Assembly: GCF_009914755.1 (NCBI RefSeq)
Contig: NC_060928.1
DNA from: the human T2T-CHM13v2.0 reference genome, Homo sapiens
Reading direction: 5' to 3' (one strand)
Length of the DNA stretch: 64,000 nucleotides
Shown here: positions 48,501-64,000 of the stretch, piece after piece
Layout: the number at the start of each line of letters is the position of its first letter
Numbering within the stretch: the first letter of the stretch is position 1
Translations under genes and position numbers: made by a program
Notes under the pieces: generated by a model
Databases searched by the model: none
What the model was told of the DNA's origin: nothing
What the model saw: the letters and a program-made list of their open reading frames with translations, nothing else

Positions 48501-51500
48501 AAGGCAAGTTCTTAGAGACCCACAAAGAGACTTAGACTCCCACACAATAATACTGGGAGACTTTAATACTCTACTGTCAATATGAGATCAACAATACAGA
48601 AAATTAACAAGGATATTCAGGACTTGAACTCAGCTCTAGACCAAGTGGACCTAGTAGACATCTACAGAACTCTCCACCCCAAATCAAAAGAGTATACGCA
48701 CCCCTCTTAGCATCACATCACACTTATTCTAAAACTGACCACATAATTGGAAGTAAAGCACTCCTTAGCAAATGCAAAAAAACCCAGAAATCATAACAAA
48801 CAGTCTCTCAGAACACAGTGCAATCAAATTAGAACTCGGGATTAAGAAACTCACTCATCTACATGGATACTGAACAACCTGCTCCTGAATGACTACTGGG
48901 TAAATAATGAAATTAAGGCAGAAATAAAGATGTTCTTTGAAACCAAGGAGAATAAAGACACAAAATACCAGAATCTCTGGAAAACAGGTAAAGCAGTGTT
49001 TAGAGGAAAATTTATAGAACTAAATGCCCACAGGAGAAAGCAGGAAAGATCTAAAATCAACACCATAACATCACAATTAAAAGAACTAGGGAAGCAAGAG
49101 CAAACAAATTCAAAAGCTAGCAGAAAACAAGAAATAACTAAGATCAGAGTAGAACTGAAGGAGACAGAGACACCAAAAACCCTTCAAAAAAAAAAAATCA
49201 TCAGTGAATCCAGGAGCTGGTTTTTTTGAAAACATCAACAATATAGATAGACTGCTAGCCAGACTAATAAAGAAGAAAAGAGAGAAGAATCAAATAGACA
49301 CAAGAAAAAATGATAAAGGGGATATCAACACTGATCCCACAGAAATAAAAACTAGCATCAGAGAATATTATAAACACCTCTATGCAAATAAACTAGAAAA
49401 TCTAGAGGAAATGGATAAATTCCTGGACACATACACCCTCCCAAGACTAAACCAGGAAGAAGTCAAATCCCTGAATAGACCAATAACAAGTTTTAAAATT
49501 GAGGCAGTAATTAATAACCTACCAACGAAAAAAAGCCCAGGACCAGACGTATTCACAGCTGAATTCTACCAGGGGTACAAAAAGGAGCTGGTACCATTCT
49601 TTCTGAAACTCTTTTAAACAAGAGAAAAAGAGAGACTTCTCCCTAACTAATTTAATGAGGCCAGCATCAGCCTGATACGAAAACCTGGCAGAGACACAAC
49701 AAAAAAAGAAAATTTCTAGCCAATATCCCTAATGAACATCGATGTGAAAATCCTCAAGAAAATACTGGCAATTTGAATCCAGCAGCCCATCAAAAAGCTT
49801 ATCCACCACGATCAAGTCGGCTTCATCCCTGGGATGCAAGGCTGTTCAACATACACAAATCATAAACATAATCCATCACATAAACAGAACCAAGATAAAA
49901 ACCATGTGATTATCTCAATAGATGCACAAAAGGACTTCGATAAAATTCAACATCCCTTCATGCTAAAAAAACTCTCAATAAACTAGGTATCAGTAGAACT
50001 TATCTCAAAATAATAAGAGCTATTTATGACAAACTCACAACCAATATCATACTAACTGGGCAAAAGCTGGAAGCATTCACTTTGAAAACCAGCACAAGAC
50101 AAGGATACCCTCTCTCACCATTCCTACTCAACATATTATTGGAAGTTCTGGCCAGGGCAATCAGATAAGAAAAGGAAATAAAGGGAATTTAAATAGGAAG
50201 AGAAGAGAGGGAGTCAAATTGTCTCTGATTGCAGATAACATGATTGTATATTTAGAAAACCCCATAATGTCAGCTCAAAATCTCCTTAGGCTGATAAGCA
50301 ATTTCAGCAAAGTCTCAGGATACAAAATCAAGGTGCAAAATTCACAAACATTGCTATACACCAATAATAGACAAACAGAGAGCCAAATCATGAGTGAACT
50401 CCCATTCACAGTTGCTACAAAGAGAATAAAATATCTAGGAATACAACTTACAAGGGATGTGAAGTATCTCTTCAAGAAGAGCTACAAACCACTGCTCAAG
50501 GAAATGAGAGGACACAAACAAATGGAAAAACATTCCATGCTCATGAATAGAAAGAATCAGTATCGTGAAAATGACCATACTGCCCAAGGTAATTTATAGA
50601 TTCAACGCAATTCCCATCAAGCTACCATTGACTTTCTTCACAGAATTAGAAAAAAATTACTTTAAATTTCATATGGAACCAAAAAAGAGCCTGTATAGCC
50701 AAGACAATCCTAAGCCAAAAGAACAAAGCTGAAGGCATCACACTACCTGATGTAACTATACTACGAGGCTACTGTAACAAAAACAGCATGGTACTGGTAC
50801 CAAAACAGATATATAGACCAATGGAACAGAACAGAGGCCTCAGAAATAATGCCACACATCTACAACCATCTGATGTTTGACAGCCTGACAAAAAGAAGCA
50901 ATGGGGAAAGGATTCCCTATTTAATAAATGGTGTTGAGAAAACTGGCTAGCCATATGAAGAAAACTGAAACTGGACCCCTTCCTTACACCTTATATAAAA
51001 ATTAGCTCAAGATGGATTAAAGACTTAAACGTAAACCTAAAACCATAAAAACCCTAGAAGACAACCTAGGCAATACCATTCAGGACATAGGCACGGGTAA
51101 AGACTTCATGACTAAAACAGCAAAAGCAATGGCAACAAAAGCCAAAATTGACAAATGAGATCTAATTAAACTGAAAAGCTTCTGCACAGCAAAAGAAACT
51201 CTCATCAGGGTGAACAGGCAACCTACAGAATGGGAGAAAATTTTTGCAATCTATCCATCTGATAAAGGGCTAATATCCAGAATCTACAAGGAACTTAATT
51301 TTACAAGAAAAAGACAAACAACCACATCAAAAAGTGGGCGAAGGATATGAACAGACACTTCTCAAAAGACAACATTTATGCGGCCAACAAACATATGAAA
51401 AAAAGTTCATCATCACTGGTCATTAGAGAAATGCAAATCAAAACCATAATGAGATACCATCTCATGCCAGTTAGAATGGCAATCATTAAAAAGTCAGGAA

Positions 51501-52151
51501 ACAATATATGCTGGAGAGGATGTGGAGAAATAGAAATGTTTTTACACTGTTGGTGGGAGTGTAAATTAGTTCAACCATTGTGGAAGACAGTGTGGTGATT
51601 CCTCAAGGATCTAGAACCAGATATACCATTTGTCCTGGCATTCCCATTACTGGGTATATACACCAAAAGATTATAAATCATTCTACTATAAAGACACATA
51701 CACACATGTTTATTGCAGCCCTATTCACAATAGCAAAGACTTGGAACAAACCCAAATGCCCATCAAGGATAGACTGGATAAAGAAAATGTGGCATATATA
51801 CACCATGGAATACTATGCAGCCATAAAAAAGAATGAGTTCATGTCCTTTGCAGGACATGGATGAAGCTGGAAACCATCATTCTCAGCAAACTAACAAGAA
51901 CAGAAAACCAAACACCGCATATTCTCACTCATAAGTGGGAGTTGAACAACGAGAACACATGATACATGGAGGGGAACATCACACACCAGGGCCTGTTGGG
52001 GGGTGGGGGGCTAGGGGATGGATAGCATTAGGAGAAATACAGATGATGATGGTTGATGGGTGCAGCAAACTACCGTGGCACATGTATACCTATGTAACAT
52101 ACCTGCAGGTTCTGCAATGTATCCCAGAACTTAAAGTATAATATTTTTTTT
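45586..52151 (+). mobile_element. Full-length L1PA7-like LINE-1 (inactive), 17-bp TSD
   Basis: Starts aggtggctggcaagatggctgaataggaac; ORF1 ATG ~47023 and ORF2 ATG ~48118, both broken by stops and frameshifts; TSD aaaaagtcactattcag at 45569-45585 and 52152-52168. Confidence 0.95.
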
Positions 52152-54270
52152 AAAAAGTCACTATTCAGGTTCAACATCAGATTTGAGCCAGCAGAAGAAA
52201 GAAACAGTGAACTTGAAGATACAACATTTAAAATTATCAAGTCTAAAAACAGAACAAAAGACAAGAAAAGTATACAGAGCCTAAGGAATTTATGGGATAC
52301 CATCAAGCTGAACAATATAAGCTGTATGGAGTCTCTGAAATGTGGGTGGTCAGAGACTTTCTTTGAAGAAATAATGGCCAGAAACTTTCTAAACTTGATG
52401 AAAGACACAAATATACATCCAATAAGCTTGAAAAATCAATTATGATAAACCCAATAAAATATTTATTATGTACAAGGGAGTCCCAATATGATTATTAGCC
52501 AATTTCTCAGCAGAAACTTTGAAGGCTAGAAGGCACTGGAATGATATATTTAAAGTGCTGAAAGATAAAACTCAGATAAGAATTCTATATTTGGCAAAAC
52601 CATGCCTTTAAAATGAGGGAGGAGTAAAGACATTCCCAGAAAAACAAAAAACTGAGGGAGTTTATAACCACTAGATCTGCCCAGCAAGAAATACTAGAGG
52701 GAGTCCTTTGCAATGAAGTAAAAAAAATTAGACAGTAACTCAAAGTTTTATGAATATATAAATATCTCTGGAGAAAGTAAACACATGGGCAAATATAAAA
52801 ATCAATATTTTTATAAACTTGGTTTCTCATTCTACTTTTAATTTTCTACATGATTTAAAAGACAAATGCATAAAAATAGTTATAAATCTGTGGTTATAGG
52901 CATATAATGTATAAAGATGTAATCGGTGACATCAATAAAGTGAAGGAGAAGAAAGAACAGGATTTTTTGTAAGCAATTGAAGCTGAAGTGGTATAAATTC
53001 AAAAAAGATTGTTAAAACTTTAGAATATTATATGTAGTCCCTATGGTGACCATAAAGAATATACAAAATGTACACAAAAGGAAATGAGAAGGGAATCAAA
53101 ACTTGTCATGATAAGAAATCAACTAAGGCAGTAATGGAGAAAAAGAGGAAGAAAAAGCTAGAATGTATACAGCAACCAAATAAAATAGCAAAAGTAAGTC
53201 CTCACCAATGAATAACTACATTAAGTGTAAATGGATTAAATTTTCCAATCAAAGGACATAGATTGGCAAAACTGATTAAGGAAAGCAGGATACAATTTTA
53301 TGAGATTCATTTTAGAGCTAAGAATACACACAGATTGAGTGTGAAATAATGAGAAAAGGTAATCCATGCAAACAGCAACCAAAAGAGAGCAAGGATGACC
53401 ATATTTATATTAGACAAAGTCAACTTTTTTCTGGTGTACATAGAACATTCTTCAGAATAGAAATGTTAAGCAACTGAAGCTTAACAAAAAAGTCTTAATA
53501 AATGTTAAACATTTATTAACAAAAAAGTCTTAACAAATGTTAAAAGGTTGATATCATACAAAGTATCCCTTACAATTATAATGGAATGAAACTAGAAATG
53601 AGTAGCAGAAGGAAAACTGGAAAATTCACACACATTGAAATTAAACAATATACTCAAACAGCCAATGGGTTAAAGAAGAAACTATAGAGAAACTGGAAAA
53701 TATTTTGAGAGAAATGAAAACACAACCCCCCGACACTTATGGCATGTACAGAAATCAGACCCAAGAGAAAAATGTATAGCTGTAAATGCTTACATTAAAA
53801 AGAAGGATGTCAAATTAACAATGTACTTTACACTTTTAGGAACTAAAAAAAGAAAAAACTAAACCCACAGCCAGAAGAAGGAAGGAAAGATTACAACAAA
53901 GATACAATACAGGATACAAAAAAAAAAACAAAAAAATTAAACCAAAAGTAAGCTCTTAGAAAAGATCAACAAAATGTTTAGCTAGAATGACTAAGAAAAA
54001 AAGCTCAAGTAACTAAAATCAGAAATGAAAGAGGATATTACTACCAATTTTACAGAAATAGAAAACGATTACATCAGTGATTGTCAGAGTTAGAGGTGAG
54101 GAAACAAATAGGGCACAGAAGATTTTTAGGGCAGTGAAACTACTTGGTATGACACTGTAATGGTGGATACAGGTATATATTTGTTTAAATCCATAGAATG
54201 TACAAATCGAGCAAACCCATGTGTAAACTGTGGGCTCTGCATAATTATGTGTCAATGTAGGTTCAGCCAA
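52152..54270 (+). mobile_element. Continuation of the old L1M host element (ORF1, ORF2 start) and a 3' fragment
   Basis: gaagaaataatggccagaaactttctaaacttgatgaaagac (ORF1-like); aatggaatgaaactagaaat (EN-like). Confidence 0.75.
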
Positions 54271-54639
54271 GCAAAAGTGTCCTTTTCATGATAAAGATTC
54301 AAAATGATGCCCCTCAATGCTAACTCAATTAAGCATCTACAACAGGCCAGGCTTTGTGGTAGAACTACAAACAGCGTTGGAAATAACGGTAAGTTTCAGC
54401 CCCTACAGACTTCAAGTATAGCTGCAGGTTGAGAAAATCATATTCAATAAGTGCTCAGTTGCTTATGGTTTGCGATGGCAGTGATGGTCAGTCCAAGTAT
54501 TTTCAGGTCAAGGCACACAACTTTCCAAAGATTATGCTTTCATCTGCCATACAGGCTGTGATATTACTCACATATTTGCAGCTTAGGAAGTTCCCAAGAG
54601 GGCTTGAAGCAAGAGGCTTGCTATGGATATTACTAATCA

Positions 54640-54830
54640 CTAACATTTAAGAGTACTGTGGGCTAAATATTGATTTCAGCATTTTACATGTATTTATTCT
54701 TTTAATCCTTATAACCACAATTTAAGGGAAGTACAATTTTTATCTCCATTTCATGCTTGAGAAAACTGAGACACAGAATATCAATAATTTTCTTAAAACA
54801 GAGCTAATAAGTGGCTCCAGAGCCTGGTAG
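54640..54830 (-). mobile_element. MIR fragment
   Basis: tttaatccttataacc...tatctccatttcatgcttgagaaaactgagacacaga, reverse-complement MIR core. Confidence 0.65.
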
Positions 54831-56166
54831 AAAGCAAGGCAGATATGAGGAGTTCTATTCTATCAGGGCAATAGGATGTTGGGCTGCCCAGTCAGAACAG
54901 TGAAAAGCCCAGTAGGCCAGCCTTTCCCCCAGCTGTCCAATTTTTTAATAGAGCTCCTGGTGGCAACATGTAGATTAGCCTTATTTAGACCTGTCAGCAA
55001 AGTCCTGGGGATCATGTCTGGGCCCCGTTAATAAATGGCTAAGATACACTGCCTACCATTTCTCTGTTCCACAGAAAGGGGTCTGGGTCAGTGAGAAAGA
55101 GAGTGGGAAGGAAAAGTCAAAAACATCCTCAGTTCCAATGACACAGCTTAGGATGGTGAGTATATGTCACATACACATTAAAACCCCCCTAATTAGGTTG
55201 TCCACTTCTGACTCGGAAAAGCCTCAGTGGAAAACATTATGCCATGATGCTACAATACCTGGGATTCTGCTCTGTTCAGCACTTCCAACCTTGAAGGACA
55301 AAAGCAAAACAGTGTGGGTGTAGGTGGGTGTGTGTCTGGCTGCAAGCACATGCCAGCCACTGCTGTCACACAGCCTTGCCTATGCCTTGGTATATTAAAG
55401 AGTGGTGAGTCACTCACACTTATGATAACCATTCATAACTAGAATTTTAGAAGAGGGGAAAACCCCAGGGCTGTACAGAATGACACGTGACACTCTCCAA
55501 TGGAAGGACAGAAAGAGCAGAAGCCTCTTGCTAAATCTAACCATGAGCTCTTTCAGAGAAAAGAGGGCCGTTCAGCTTTTCTGCGTCACTATTAATGTGA
55601 GCCAGCTGGAAACAGAAAGAATGACTCAAGAGAGTACTACCTATCCTGGAAATGGGGTCAAAGCAGGTATGGTGGGGGAACTGGTTGTGGGCGAGACTGA
55701 AGGAGGAAGAAAGATGAGATGTGTGTTTCCTCAAAGTTGATGCTCCTCTCAGTTATTTACTCTTCTCAAGGGTGTCATCAGTATTCTCGGAAGGTCTCAA
55801 AAGTGGCAGGGTTCCACCTACCTCAGGTTTTTTTTGCATATTTAATCTTTTATATTTAATATTTAAAAACAATTTTTACATCTTTCACCGCAGGAATTTC
55901 CAGTTTGTAAATTGGAAAGCGCTGGAAAGCTGGACCCACTCAGTAACAAGACAACTCCAATCAAAGCAGGTGTTTGCAGGCATCAAGGTCAAGCTGGGCT
56001 GGGACAGCCAAGGGCAGCCCAGAGGTCCTTCTCATAGCACTACCTTCTCATAGTACTACCCTGTCTTGAGCAAAGACCCTTGTGGGACCATCAGCAGGAT
56101 TTGGATGACTAACAGAGGGCAAATTTCATGCTGCTTTGAGCCTAATGCCTCTTTGTTTTTACTGCA

Positions 56167-62335
<6,169 letters not shown>

Positions 62336-62769
62336 ACTACCTCAGAGTTTTAAGAGACTTAGCCTAGGGAAAAAAAAAAAAAAAAGCTTGCCCTCACAAT
62401 CCAGTGTGTACGGCATTGACATCTGAAAATCAGTAGGGAAAAGCTGGGCTAGGCAAGAAAAATCCTCCTCTATCTCATACACATGGACTCATTATATCAG
62501 TTATGCCTTCCAGGATTAATGAGGGAACAAGGGAAGGAGAGACGGAAGAACAGAACTATTTTCCTTTCTCTACTAGTAAGTTAGAACGTTTAAAACTTTG
62601 GAGCAGGGAAAGGAACTATTCCTATTCCTCTTTCTCTCCTCTCATCCTTCGCATCCCCCACCCTCATACTGGCATACTGTTTTGGTGATTAGAACCCCTG
62701 GAAAAAAAATGTCACTTACAGTCTTCTTGAGACTCAGGCGAGAGACTATATAGCCTGCTGCATAAGGAC

Positions 62770-62980
62770 AAGAGCCTAATATCAAAGGCAAAGCAGTCAC
62801 TCTGCAGTCAGGCCTGGGTTCAAACTCTGGTTCTGCCATGTCTGAACTTGAACAATTTAACCTTTCTAAGCCTTAATGTCCTCAGTCTGAAAAATATTGT
62901 AATAGCTATCTTGCAGATTAATAGAATTAAATGATATGATGTATTTCAATGCCAACACATAGTAAAAGTGGCTCTTATTT
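62770..62980 (+). mobile_element. MIR
   Basis: ctgcagtcaggcctgggttcaaactctggttctgcca...tttaacctttctaagcct...gaattaaatga. Confidence 0.75.
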
Positions 62981-63088
62981 TAGATATTTCTTTTCCAATG
63001 CCAAATAAAGCCTCCTACACCTTCCCGTCTGGCATTCCACCACATCAAAGCATAATCAGAACCAGATAAAAAGATTAGTCTAGACTTA

Positions 63089-64000
63089 CAAGTCCCTGAA
63101 TAGACCAATAATAAGTTCTGAAATTGAGGCAGTAACTAATAGCCTACCAACCAAAAAAAAGCCCAGGACCACATGGATTCACAGTCAAATTCTACCAGAG
63201 TTATAAAGAGGAGCTGGTATCATTCCTTCTGAAACTATTCCAATGAATAGAAAAATAAGGACTCCTCCCTAACTCATTTAACGAGGCCAGCATCATCCTG
63301 ATACCAAAACCAGGCAGAGACACAACAAAAAAGGAAAATTTCAGGCCAATATCCCTGATGAACATCAATGCAAAAATCCTCAATAAAATACTAGCAAACC
63401 GAATCCAGCGCCACATCAAAAAGCTTATCCACCACAATCAAGTCAGCTTCATCCCTGGGATGCAACGCTGGTTCAACATATACAAATCAATAAATATAAT
63501 CCATCACATAAACAGAACCAATGATAAAAACCACGTGATTATCTCAATAGATGCAGAAAAAGCCTTCGATAAAATTCAACACCCTTTCATGCTAAAAACT
63601 CTCAATAAACTAGGTATTGATGGAACAAATCTCAAAATAATAATAGCTATTTATGACAAATCCATAGCCAATATCATACTGAATAGGCAAAAGCTGGAAG
63701 CATTCACCTTGAAAACCAGCACAAGACAAGGATGCCCTCTCTCACCACTCATATTCAACATGCTATTGGAAGTTCTGGCCAGGGCAATCAGGCAAGAGAA
63801 AGAAATAAAGTTTATTCAAATAGGAAGAGAGGAGAGCAAGTCAAATTGTCTGCTTGTAGATGACATGATTGTACATTTAGAAAATGCCATCATCTCAGCC
63901 CAAAAACTCCTTCAGCTGATAAGAAAATTCAGCAGTCTCAGGATACAAAATCAATGTGCAAAAATCACAAGTACAAGCATTCCTATACATCAACAATAGA
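63089..64000 (+). mobile_element. 5'-truncated L1PA ORF2 (RT region) running off the window
   Basis: ORF 63358-63999 [17 protein letters not shown]...[10 protein letters not shown]; FADD motif degenerate. Confidence 0.92.

Noticed and set aside
56027-56058. 16-bp tandem duplication ccttctcatag(c/t)acta
   Set aside because: Ordinary short slippage duplication with no further structure.

Overview
Human genomic DNA from the TET2 locus (4q24), recognised from the translated exons. The window holds the last five coding exons of TET2 (exons 7-11 of the 2002-aa isoform; Cys-rich end plus DSBH catalytic domain), its ~3.3 kb 3'UTR and poly(A) site (~28.7 kb), then ~35 kb of repeat-dense downstream DNA: three long L1s, Alus, MIR/L2, DNA transposon fossils and a 7SL retropseudogene. 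The haplotype carries Trp instead of the reference Leu at codon 1721. There is no prokaryotic-type system and I see no novel protein-coding gene. The most unusual structures are: (1) a full-length chimeric L1 with an old L1PA4/5-like 5' 4.6 kb and a human-specific ACG (pre-Ta-like) 3' 1.5 kb; (2) a 51-bp near-perfect direct repeat splitting a MIR-like sequence around a ~1.45 kb insert; (3) two candidate routes to catalytically dead TET2 (a recursive-splice-like site at exon 10, and an LTR-donated AATAAA just after exon 9); (4) snap-back templated-insertion scars; (5) an intact ORF0-like frame in an L1PA7 facing TET2. Repeat subfamily names and residue numbers come from recalled consensus and reference sequences, not from a database run, and boundaries of old repeats are approximate.
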